Assembly: GCA_963676105.1 (NCBI GenBank)
Contig: OY781039.1
Location: 1,931,220 to 1,963,219, forward strand
Source of the DNA: Erysipelotrichaceae bacterium
Lineage (GTDB): Bacteria; Bacillota_I; Bacilli_A; Erysipelotrichales; Erysipelotrichaceae
Reading direction: 5' to 3'
Length of the DNA stretch: 32,000 nucleotides
Under the pieces are notes generated by a model. The model did no database searches. It saw only the letters and a list, made by a program, of their open reading frames with translations, and was not told the DNA's origin. Positions 20,313 to 28,414 of this stretch are shown piece by piece. The position numbers were made by a program, and so were the translations under genes. The first letter of the stretch is position 1, and each line of letters starts with the position of its first letter.

Positions 20313-22861
20313 TAAGCTCTTAATTCAACATCTACTGTCGCAGCACGGGTTGGTTCGATCATCACATCACCTTGATCAATTAAATTGATAAAGATTTGTG
20401 ATAATTCTGGATCAAATTGTCCGCCGGCATTTCGTCTGATTTCTTCAACCGCATATTCAACCGTATGATAAGTTTTATAGTGACGATCAGATGTAATCGC
20501 ATCAAAGGCATCAGCTAAGCAAATACATCTTGCGCCAAATGGAATGTTTTCACCTCTAAGTTGACGAGGATAACCACGACCATCATATCGTTCGTGATGT
20601 CCAATAACGGCAGGTATAACTTTATTAAAAGTAGGTAAATACTTAATAATGGTGACGGATAAATCTACATGACGTTTCATCACTTCAAATTCTTCATTGG
20701 TTAAACGAGTTGTCTTGGTTAAAATATGTTCTGGTATACCAATCTTACCAATGTCATGAAGAAGTGAAGCTTGTCGAATGATTTCAATATCACTCTCACT
20801 TGCGCCTGCCGCCTGAGCGATGGCAGTCGCGTATTTCGCAACCCGTTGAGAATGACCAAAGGTAATATGATCTTTCGCATCAATGGTTGCGGTTAAGGCA
20901 TAAATGGTTGCCCATTGGTTTTCGCTTAAATCAAACTCTGCGACGGGTGTATCTGCCACTTCGGCAGTATAGATGGTCGTACGGTTACGACCATTACGTT
21001 TTGAGTATATTAAGGCCGTATTGGCATTCTTTAATAAACTAACCGCATCTGCACAGGCACTTGGATACACACATAAACCTACTGACACCGTGACATAACG
21101 TGTACTTTCATTAATGTTTGAAACAGATAAGTCTTCAATTTGAGTTCTAATTTTTTCAGCTAAATCATAACTTTGTTTAGTATCAGAATTATTGAGTAGA
21201 ACACCAAAGATGTCACCTGCATATCTAAAGACTAAGGTCGATTCATGAACACTTCGTTTGATTCGATCTGCAATCTTTGTTAAGACAAAGTCGCCAGATA
21301 GATGACCATAGATATCGTTGTACACCGTTAATGAATCGATGCCAAATAAGATAAGGGATAAACTTATGGGTTTCGCATCCACATGTTTATTTAATGCTTC
21401 CATGAAATAGCGGTGATTATACGTTTGGGTTAATGAATCCGTAATCGCTTCTGTTTGTGTCTTTTCGAATAATAAGGCATTTGTTAAAGCCATCGCCGCA
21501 GTTGAACACATGAGTTCAATTGATTCAATATGATGGAAAGCTTCAACAGATCTGTGATCAGTGTGACAGATTAACATAAAACCAATTAAGTCATGATGAA
21601 CTTTTAAAGGTATCGCAATCTCAAATAATAGTTCGTTTAAATGGTCAAAATCTTCTTCCCACATGGATTTAAAGAGTGGGTGTTGATAAAGATCTTCCCC
21701 ATGTATAGGTTTATCATCATTTTCGAACCATTTCGCAAATGGATGATTTAAATTAAATTTGAGTTTTTTACGTTCAAGTTTCTTAGATGATGCATAACAT
21801 TCATACTCTTCTTGAACTGAATTTTTAAGATAAAGATAAATTTTTCCATGTTCTAGGATAGATTGAGAGATTTTGATCAATTCTTCACTGATTTCTTTCG
21901 CATTTAAATTATTTGCGACTGATTGGGTAAAGTTATGAATTTCTGTTTCTCTTCTCATTTCATCTTTATAGAAGAATTGATTAATGAGTTTATGAATTAA
22001 AGAAAAGATAGGTTGGAAAATTAAAATCCCAATAATAATCGCTAGCACAAAGACAATTGAATTATCAATGCCAGTATTGAGAGATTGAAAGAATGACCAA
22101 GCTTTATTTAAGACAAACGAGGTTGTGATAGAAAGTGCAACCAAGGCAACACTTAAAGTTAATGCTTTTGTGATGACTATTTTTAGTTCAATAACACGAT
22201 TTGCGTAGACTGCTTTCATCATCATTAATACAGCTATTGATCCCGCAAAGAAGTCAAATGGATATTTCCCAATGATTGGGACAAGATTTATTCCCATTCC
22301 GATAAAGATAATAAAGAGAGACACAACAATCTGTTTCAAACCTTTATTAATGGAGAGTGATTTCTTAATATGGTTATGAGCAATCAAGAAACAAGACATT
22401 AATTGTAAGAAAATTAAACCATAAGAAACATAAGCTCCCCAAGATAAGGTGTAGTTTAATTGAGTGTATGGGGCAATATCTAAAGCCATCATGTGGGCTT
22501 CTGATGTGACATGTCCTGTAAAGATAAGTCCAACCATAAAGATGGTGATTAGACCCCACATTGTGATTGGAATCCAACGTCTACGATCAATATAAACATT
22601 TAAGAATATATATGCTGCATATGGAAGGATCGCACTTCCCATAATCATGATTCGATTATAAAATAGGGTACCAGGATAAACATCTAACTTCATTAATAAT
22701 GAAGAAGCACTCCATATAGCCATTGAAAATACGACTAAGACAAAGGATTTAATCATCGCATCTTTCTTAGATAAAACTAAAATCGCAAGTAAAGTTAAAC
22801 TCAATAAAAAGGCAGTGGTTGGAAGTCCCCAATAGAATAGGGTTAGGCCATAATCACTCAT
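20312..22861 (-). CDS. multi-TM sensor with GAF-like region, degenerate GGDEF domain and HD-GYP phosphodiesterase domain
   Basis: 849 aa with about 8 N-terminal TM helices (residues 1-290). The GGDEF-domain core is ...DSLTQTYNHRYF...GDFVL...FRYAGDIFGVLL (signature AGDIF). The HD-GYP core is ...FGHSQRV...LLHDIGKIGIP...GHHERYDGRGYP... GGGAGGA SD upstream; ATGA overlap with the GH3 gene. Confidence 0.9.
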   Translation of the reverse strand: MSDYGLTLFYWGLPTTAFLLSLTLLAILVLSKKDAMIKSFVLVVFSMAIWSASSLLMKLDVYPGTLFYNRIMIMGSAILPYAAYIFLNVYIDRRRWIPITMWGLITIFMVGLIFTGHVTSEAHMMALDIAPYTQLNYTLSWGAYVSYGLIFLQLMSCFLIAHNHIKKSLSINKGLKQIVVSLFIIFIGMGINLVPIIGKYPFDFFAGSIAVLMMMKAVYANRVIELKIVITKALTLSVALVALSITTSFVLNKAWSFFQSLNTGIDNSIVFVLAIIIGILIFQPIFSLIHKLINQFFYKDEMRRETEIHNFTQSVANNLNAKEISEELIKISQSILEHGKIYLYLKNSVQEEYECYASSKKLERKKLKFNLNHPFAKWFENDDKPIHGEDLYQHPLFKSMWEEDFDHLNELLFEIAIPLKVHHDLIGFMLICHTDHRSVEAFHHIESIELMCSTAAMALTNALLFEKTQTEAITDSLTQTYNHRYFMEALNKHVDAKPISLSLILFGIDSLTVYNDIYGHLSGDFVLTKIADRIKRSVHESTLVFRYAGDIFGVLLNNSDTKQSYDLAEKIRTQIEDLSVSNINESTRYVTVSVGLCVYPSACADAVSLLKNANTALIYSKRNGRNRTTIYTAEVADTPVAEFDLSENQWATIYALTATIDAKDHITFGHSQRVAKYATAIAQAAGASESDIEIIRQASLLHDIGKIGIPEHILTKTTRLTNEEFEVMKRHVDLSVTIIKYLPTFNKVIPAVIGHHERYDGRGYPRQLRGENIPFGARCICLADAFDAITSDRHYKTYHTVEYAVEEIRRNAGGQFDPELSQIFINLIDQGDVMIEPTRAATVDVELRA

Positions 22862-24489
22862 GATACAGTCCTCCCAAACGCACGTTTTAATATTTCTACC
22901 ACATCAAAGTGGTTTGGATTGACTTTCGCTAGTTTATGATGAATTGTTTTTTGATAAGCATCAATGGTCCCAAAAGGTAAGATTGTGATTGTTAGTGGAT
23001 CAATCCCTAACATCTTTTTAAGATTTTTAAAGTCTTGATCTACATAGGCAAAGTTTAATTCTAATTGAGCTTGAATAAGATCCACACGGTCCCAACCTAA
23101 ATCATCTTGTTTATGATTGAGTTCAATCGCTAAGTTAAGATAAGGTCTTTGTTGGTCATCATATGATTTACGTGCAAACCAGTTAGAGATTGGTAATCGA
23201 GATAACTTAATAACTTCGGTTAAGGTTTCTTCAGTAATACGGGTAAATCCAGCTAAATCTACGACAGGATCAACACGGTCAATATATCGCAGATGTGGTA
23301 AAGCAATGCCATCTTTCATGCGTTCTAGTACTTCGCATTTAAAGACATCACCTACACGATAGCGTGCAAATGCCCCGCCTTTAAAGGTAGTGATAACGAG
23401 CTCATAAGATTCATCTTCTTTAAGTTCATCCATTAAATATGTTTTTGGTTGATAAGATGGATCTTCTAAGTTCTTATAAAATTCATGCATCGGAATGAAT
23501 TCATAGAAACATATATGGGGTAGGAAGATTAGACCGTCTTTTTCCCATGATTCCACCCCAATGCACGTTGGCTCGGTTCCACCAAATACTTCAAGTGGAA
23601 CAACTCCCCAATAATCTGCAATCTTCTTTTTAAAGTGCAGAGTATCAGTTCCTATACAAACAAAACCTTTTAAATCAAAGACATCCTTTGGATAAATGGC
23701 TTCTTTCGTAAATGTACTTTTTATTTTTGCGATCGCAAATTTACTGAGTTGTGATAATTTAAAGTCTAATAAATTAATGCTTCCAGATGAACCAGAAGCG
23801 AATTGTTCAGACATGCGAACAATGACAGAACTTAAACCATAAAAAAGATCTAAGCCTTGTTGAACACCCATCTTAAAGCCTTCTTTATTTCTTTGAGAAA
23901 AGCCCATTTTTAAGCCTTCATCAATTGGAGGAAAATAGTTAACACTAAAATCATCACGAATGACATCTGGTAATAAACCTGTTAGATAAGGTAAAGGTGC
24001 CATTCCGTTTAAGAAATTCATACCTGGTTTTAAATCAAAGTGACCTTTTTTGCGTGATGATGCTAACATAATGCACGTAAATGCGGAGTCACGATAATTT
24101 CTAATCATAGCTTCTGTGTAAGGAGCTAGTTTTACAGGTGCTTTACCACCAACCCAGGTTGTTTCAATCCAAATGGCTGCAGGGGCTGGTAACATGTTTT
24201 CTTGTTTACTTAAAAGAATATCTGCGTAATCCTCATAATGGGTTAGAGGAACTTTTTCTCTGAATTCCTGCATCGTTTTAATGGTTTGACCATTAAATAA
24301 TTTTTGCCCAAGTTCACAGTTATTAAAGAGTTGAATTTGTTCTAAAAGGAGTTGTTCTTGAATAGCCATGAACTCAGGTACGGATAAATCTAAAAACCCA
24401 CAGTAACGATTCCATAGTTCTGTGTAATTCTTACGTTTTAAATGTTCATCAAAACTTAAGTGAGATGTGCTTAAGACGGATTCTGACAT
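22858..24489 (-). CDS. GH3-family (acyl-acid amido synthetase-like, ANL superfamily) protein
   Basis: 543 aa with FREKVPLTHYEDYADIL, VFGGTEPT, and YELVITTFKGGAFARYRVGDVF...LPHLRYIDR, the GH3 pattern. AAGGAG lies 8 nt upstream. The start lies inside the 3' end of the upstream gene (19-nt overlap). Confidence 0.8.
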   Translation of the reverse strand: MSESVLSTSHLSFDEHLKRKNYTELWNRYCGFLDLSVPEFMAIQEQLLLEQIQLFNNCELGQKLFNGQTIKTMQEFREKVPLTHYEDYADILLSKQENMLPAPAAIWIETTWVGGKAPVKLAPYTEAMIRNYRDSAFTCIMLASSRKKGHFDLKPGMNFLNGMAPLPYLTGLLPDVIRDDFSVNYFPPIDEGLKMGFSQRNKEGFKMGVQQGLDLFYGLSSVIVRMSEQFASGSSGSINLLDFKLSQLSKFAIAKIKSTFTKEAIYPKDVFDLKGFVCIGTDTLHFKKKIADYWGVVPLEVFGGTEPTCIGVESWEKDGLIFLPHICFYEFIPMHEFYKNLEDPSYQPKTYLMDELKEDESYELVITTFKGGAFARYRVGDVFKCEVLERMKDGIALPHLRYIDRVDPVVDLAGFTRITEETLTEVIKLSRLPISNWFARKSYDDQQRPYLNLAIELNHKQDDLGWDRVDLIQAQLELNFAYVDQDFKNLKKMLGIDPLTITILPFGTIDAYQKTIHHKLAKVNPNHFDVVEILKRAFGRTVS

Positions 24490-25022
24490 GTGCTTTGCTC
24501 CTTAAGTTTAAATAGAAGAAATGGGACTCGTTTTTGATAATCACTATAACCATCAATTGAGTATGGGAAAATGAGCTGATCTTGAATTAAGATATGGATG
24601 AAGTCAAAGGCTGTCCATAAAATGGCTGCCCATAAAACCAGTGTGCTACCTGTACCTAAAGAAAATCCAATCGCCATTAATATAAATCCCCAAAGACCTG
24701 GATGACGGCATAATCCATAGATACCTGTATCAACTACCGATACTTTATCTAACTTTGTGTATGTATCTGATGCAGGTAGTGCAAAAAATAATGCATAGAA
24801 TTGTTCAATTGCACCAATAATGACTAAAGTAAAAAACCAAGGATTTGAGTTAAAGGCAATAGAATGATCTTGTGAAATTAGAACCATCACAAGTGCGTAA
24901 ATTAATAAAATAATGGATAGTGGAAATAAGAGGTTAAATGATCTATGCCACTTATAAATTTTATTCAAGTCAAAAAGAGTTAATAAAACAAATGATGTAC
25001 AGCCAAGATAAATCCAGCTCAT
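24471..25022 (-). CDS. ICMT/PEMT-like integral-membrane methyltransferase family protein
   Basis: 183 aa, 4-5 TM. VVDTGIYGLCRHPGLWGFIL...IHILIQDQLIFPYSIDGYSDYQKRVPFLL matches the (V/T)xGxYxxxRHPxYxG...EE..L...FG..Y..Y core of isoprenylcysteine carboxyl / phospholipid methyltransferases. AGGGAAGGG SD upstream. Confidence 0.7.
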   Translation of the reverse strand: MSWIYLGCTSFVLLTLFDLNKIYKWHRSFNLLFPLSIILLIYALVMVLISQDHSIAFNSNPWFFTLVIIGAIEQFYALFFALPASDTYTKLDKVSVVDTGIYGLCRHPGLWGFILMAIGFSLGTGSTLVLWAAILWTAFDFIHILIQDQLIFPYSIDGYSDYQKRVPFLLFKLKEQSTCQNPS

Positions 25023-25150
25023 CTTACAACCCTTCCCTAAGGTCTAATAAAAAACCGACCCAAAAATGTGGCCGGTTACGCTACGAGCTCATACAGGGGA
25101 TAAGCGTCCAAATGTACCCTGTAATCAAGGCTTCCAGAAAATGACTAGTA
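25023..25150 (-). promoter_or_regulatory. structured, locally GC-enriched 5' leader of the methyltransferase-GH3-HD-GYP operon (riboswitch/attenuator candidate)
   Basis: Lies between a consensus promoter and the first ATG. It contains a 7-bp helix (25092-25098 with 25117-25123). A 5-nt loop segment (25103-25107) is complementary to 25078-25082. A terminator hairpin lies just before the SD. Confidence 0.5.
25045..25077 (-). terminator. leader-internal rho-independent terminator (attenuator)
   Basis: On the minus strand: aaccggcc-acattttt-gggtcggtt (8 bp including one G-U) followed by ttttttatt. It lies about 25 nt upstream of the operon's first start codon. Confidence 0.6.
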
Positions 25151-25155
25151 TTGCC

Positions 25156-25184
25156 ATTATAGAATCAAAAAAACGCCTATTCAA
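25156..25184 (-). promoter_or_regulatory. sigma-70 promoter (TTGAAT-17 nt-TATAAT)
   Basis: On the minus strand, TTGAAT (25184-25179), an exact 17-nt spacer, then TATAAT (25161-25156). Confidence 0.7.
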
Positions 25185-25371
25185 GCCTTTTTAAGCCAAA
25201 TTTGTATGTTTATCGTAAAGATTTTTTATGAATTGTATGAATCTAAATAAATGTAGACATCTATTGTGGAAAAATAAGTTTTTTTGTAATAGAAACAAGA
25301 ATTTATGTGACTTCACTGTAAGTTTTAAAGTCTATCCTTTACAATAATAAAAAAGAGTGAGGAATTGATTT

Positions 25372-26235
25372 ATGAAACTATGTACGTTTATAGAAGATAG
25401 TCAAAAACAATTAGGGATTAAAACGGAATCAGGAATCATTCATGTCGCAAAATCTTGTGCACAAAATGACATGGAATGCATAAATGATCTAGAAACTGTG
25501 ATAGCCCAAGGTGATAAAGCACTTATTACTTTAGCTGAGCTATTAAATAAGGACTGCGTTATCTTAAGTGAAGATGATATTGAATTTGCACCAGTTGTAC
25601 AAAATCCAGAGAAAATATTATGTGTGGGTTTAAATTATCAAAGTCATCAAGAAGAAACTAAAATGGCTAAGCAAGATTATCCAACGATCTTTTCAAAATT
25701 TAATAATGCTTTAGCTGCGCATAACGAAGATATTCAAACATTGGATGTCGCAAGTCAATATGACTACGAAGTTGAGCTAGTTATTGTCATGGGACAAGAA
25801 GCGAAGAATGTTTCTGAAGACAATGCGTTAGACTATGTCTTTGGCTATACCATCGGTAATGATGTCAGCGCAAGAGATCTTCAAACCCGTACCACTCAAT
25901 GGTTGATGGGTAAAACATTTGATGGATTTGCGCCAGTTGGTCCATATCTTGTGACTCGAGATTCAATTGATCCAGCAAACCTAAAAATAAGCACAAAAGT
26001 AAATGGTGAAATTCGTCAAGATGGTCATACATCAGATTTGATTTTTGATTGTAAATACATCGTCAGTTATCTATCAAAATACATGACTTTAAAACCAGGT
26101 GATATTATCTTCACAGGAACACCAAGTGGTGTCATCTTAGGTTATCCTGAAGATAAGAAAGTTTGGTTAAAAGCAGGGGATGTTATGGAAGTAAGTGTTG
26201 AAGGTATCGGAACTTTAATTAATAAACTAGTATGA
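25372..26235 (+). CDS. fumarylacetoacetate hydrolase (FAH)-family protein
   Basis: 287 aa with KILCVGLNYQSH, YDYEVELVIVMG, GYTIGNDVSARDLQ, GKTFDGFAPVGP and PGDIIFTGTPSGV. AGTGAGGA SD upstream. Confidence 0.9.
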   Translation: MKLCTFIEDSQKQLGIKTESGIIHVAKSCAQNDMECINDLETVIAQGDKALITLAELLNKDCVILSEDDIEFAPVVQNPEKILCVGLNYQSHQEETKMAKQDYPTIFSKFNNALAAHNEDIQTLDVASQYDYEVELVIVMGQEAKNVSEDNALDYVFGYTIGNDVSARDLQTRTTQWLMGKTFDGFAPVGPYLVTRDSIDPANLKISTKVNGEIRQDGHTSDLIFDCKYIVSYLSKYMTLKPGDIIFTGTPSGVILGYPEDKKVWLKAGDVMEVSVEGIGTLINKLV

Positions 26236-26564
26236 TTTTTAAAGATGAAATTAAAAAACCATATTATGCTGTTATATTTAGTTCAGTGCGGACAAATGGT
26301 GATAACGAATATTCAAACATGTCTAGAATCATAGGAGAGAAAGTCTCAAGATTACCAGGGTTTTTAGGCGTAGAAAGCATGCGCAATGAAAATGGTTTTG
26401 GGATTACCATTTCTTATTGGGACAACCTTGATAGTATACAAACCTGGAAAATGGATGAGGAACATAGAAAGGCAAAGTTTTTAGGTAAGAAAATCTGGTA
26501 TAAAGAATATAAAATTAGAATATGTAAAGTTGAAGAAGATAATTATTTTGTAAACGAATCATAA
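26232..26564 (+). CDS. antibiotic-biosynthesis-monooxygenase (ABM)-like small protein
   Basis: 110 aa. YYAVIFSS...LPGFLGVES...ITISYWDNLDSIQTWKMDEEHRKA fits the ABM ferredoxin-like fold pattern. ATGA overlap with the FAH gene. Confidence 0.7.
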   Translation: MIFKDEIKKPYYAVIFSSVRTNGDNEYSNMSRIIGEKVSRLPGFLGVESMRNENGFGITISYWDNLDSIQTWKMDEEHRKAKFLGKKIWYKEYKIRICKVEEDNYFVNES

Positions 26565-26587
26565 AAAGGAGTTGTCACTCCTTTTTT
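26563..26587. terminator. bidirectional terminator between the convergent ABM gene and pilT
   Basis: aaaaaggagt-tgtc-actccttttt, a GC core with A/T extensions, gives a T-run on both strands. Confidence 0.75.
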
Positions 26588-26589
26588 AC

Positions 26590-27633
26590 TTATTTAAATG
26601 TTTCTGGATCAAAAGCGTGCTTCATAGCCACATCCTTTGTGACTTGATTATCATCAACCAATTTCTTTATGCTCTCGTCCATTGTAATCATACCCGCATC
26701 TTTGGATACACGTATCGTCGCATTAAGCTGATGTGTTTTGCCTTCACGAATTTGATTGCGAATAGCTGTATTGTTAACCATAACTTCAAAAGCTGGAAGG
26801 ATTCGTTGATCAACAGTTGGAATAAGTTGTTGAGATACAACCGCTTGAAGTACCATTGCAAGTTGGATACGTACTTGGTGTTGTTGCTCAGCAGGGAAAA
26901 CATCGACAATTCGATCAATGGTGTTTGATGCGCCCAAAGTATGCAGCGTTGAAAATACAAGGTGCCCTGTTTCAGCAGCGGTAAGTGCTAATGAAATAGT
27001 TTCTAGATCACGCATTTCACCTACAAATAATACATCAGGACTTTGTCTTAATGCTGAACGTAAAGCAATTGCAGTACTTTCACAATCGGTACCAATCTCG
27101 CGCTGTGTAACAACCGATTGATTATGTCTAAATAGGAATTCAATTGGATCATCAATGGTAATGATATGACCTCTACGATTATTGTTGATTGCACTTAGAA
27201 TCATAGCCATTGTGGTTGATTTACCACAACCAGCAGGTCCACTTACAATGACTAAACCTTTTGTAAGATTAGAGAAACGCATGACGTTTTCTGGAACGTG
27301 CATATCACTTGGTTGAGGAATATCAAATCGTACAATTCTAAGAACTGCTGCTAAACTTGATCGTTGAGTATATACGTTAGCTCTAAATCTAGCAACTTTT
27401 GGGATTGAAAATGAAAAATCATCATCACCCGTATCATTAACTTTATCCATTGAACGATTTGCGACTTCGTAGATATGTTCAATAAGCTCACGCGTATCAT
27501 TAGGTGTTAATCGATCACCATCCATTTGTTGCATTTCGTTTTTAATTTTTAGCGCAACACTTGTACCGGCAACGATAAATAAATCTGATGCGCCAAGTGA
27601 CATGGCTTTTTCAATGAGTTGATCTAATTTCAT
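26590..27633 (-). CDS. pilT: PilT-family type IV pilus retraction-type ATPase
   Basis: 347 aa with Walker A GPAGCGKST, DDPIEF, Walker B DVLFVGEMRD, His box AAETGHLVFSTLHT and the PilT-specific AIRNQIREGK (26737-26766). GGAGG SD upstream; TAATG overlap with the upstream gene. Confidence 0.93.
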   Translation of the reverse strand: MKLDQLIEKAMSLGASDLFIVAGTSVALKIKNEMQQMDGDRLTPNDTRELIEHIYEVANRSMDKVNDTGDDDFSFSIPKVARFRANVYTQRSSLAAVLRIVRFDIPQPSDMHVPENVMRFSNLTKGLVIVSGPAGCGKSTTMAMILSAINNNRRGHIITIDDPIEFLFRHNQSVVTQREIGTDCESTAIALRSALRQSPDVLFVGEMRDLETISLALTAAETGHLVFSTLHTLGASNTIDRIVDVFPAEQQHQVRIQLAMVLQAVVSQQLIPTVDQRILPAFEVMVNNTAIRNQIREGKTHQLNATIRVSKDAGMITMDESIKKLVDDNQVTKDVAMKHAFDPETFK

Positions 27634-28064
27634 TATTGACCTCCATAGACTGGATTACCATCTTGTGTGTAATCTTGATTGTTTAATATACTTAGTCTCT
27701 TTGATTCTAAAATTAATGTTTTGTTTGTCACATCCATTGATAATAATACTTCAATGTTTAAATGATTATTTGTTAATTCAATGATAATGGTTTCTGTATC
27801 TTTATCGTAAGACACCATCTCTAAATTGTCTATGACCACAAATAATTCATCACTTTGATAATATTCATTTACTTCTTGAATAATTTGTTCAGCTTCAGTT
27901 TCTATGTTGTATGTATCAGATATAAAATTCATGCTTTTAAGAATACTATTACGTGTTTGTCGTACATCTACAAGTAAGACTGAAACGACTGAATAAACCA
28001 AAATTAAAATGAGAATAGACAATAGGGTTGGTAAGCCAAATGGATTAAAACCACGTTTTTTCAT
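27633..28064 (-). CDS. small N-terminally anchored protein, ComGG-like minor pseudopilin candidate
   Basis: I prefer ATG 28064 (GAGGT 6 nt upstream, ATGA overlap with the previous stop) over 28085. MKKRGFNPFGLPTLLSILILILV resembles the ComGG N-terminus (..RGF.. with no Glu5). Confidence 0.45.
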   Translation of the reverse strand: MKKRGFNPFGLPTLLSILILILVYSVVSVLLVDVRQTRNSILKSMNFISDTYNIETEAEQIIQEVNEYYQSDELFVVIDNLEMVSYDKDTETIIIELTNNHLNIEVLLSMDVTNKTLILESKRLSILNNQDYTQDGNPVYGGQ

Positions 28065-28414
28065 CGTGATACCTCGACTTCCCAAGAAGTAATCAGATTG
28101 TCATCACTATCTTTTAAACTTAGAGTTATCCAATCAAAATCATTCACACTATCTTTTTTTAAATAAAGTGTATACGATGGATTCACATTAGTTATTTGTC
28201 CATTTTCATCAAATCTTAGTGCAGACAAAGATGTTTCACTGTTAAGTGTTTCTGATAAACTTATCATATGATTTTGAATGTTTGATAATGCCATGTTCTC
28301 TTGATGTGTTCTATTGGCTGAAAGTAATAGGAAAAAGGCTACAAACAATCCAAGACTTAGAAAAATAACATTTAAGCTGATTTCCAGCATGAAGTTCTTT
28401 TGTGTCTTATTCAT
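28061..28414 (-). CDS. small N-terminally anchored protein, ComGD/GE-like minor pseudopilin candidate
   Basis: I prefer ATG 28414 (AGGTGA 5 nt upstream) over GTG 28429. MNKTQKNFMLEISLNVIFLSLGLFV resembles a degenerate KGFTLLESL prepilin motif (Asn for Gly-1, Glu at +4). Confidence 0.4.
   Translation of the reverse strand: MNKTQKNFMLEISLNVIFLSLGLFVAFFLLLSANRTHQENMALSNIQNHMISLSETLNSETSLSALRFDENGQITNVNPSYTLYLKKDSVNDFDWITLSLKDSDDNLITSWEVEVSR

Noticed and set aside
19684-25022. Treating the CYTH-like gene as the fourth cistron of the methyltransferase-GH3-HD-GYP operon.
   Set aside because: A convincing terminator (20276-20312) separates them, and the tight coupling seen among the other three genes is absent. 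I report it as adjacent, with a possible link only.
25023-25150. Assigning the leader to the c-di-GMP-I (GEMM) riboswitch class because of ACAGGG...GGACGC strings and the downstream HD-GYP gene.
   Set aside because: Only short strings match. The second hairpin, the tetraloop/receptor and the GCAAAGCC-type core of GEMM-I are not present. The resemblance is too weak to call without a covariance-model scan.
26572-26928. 118-aa plus-strand ORF after the ABM gene.
   Set aside because: It starts inside the bidirectional terminator and runs antisense to the 3' end of pilT. It has no SD and no recognisable motifs.
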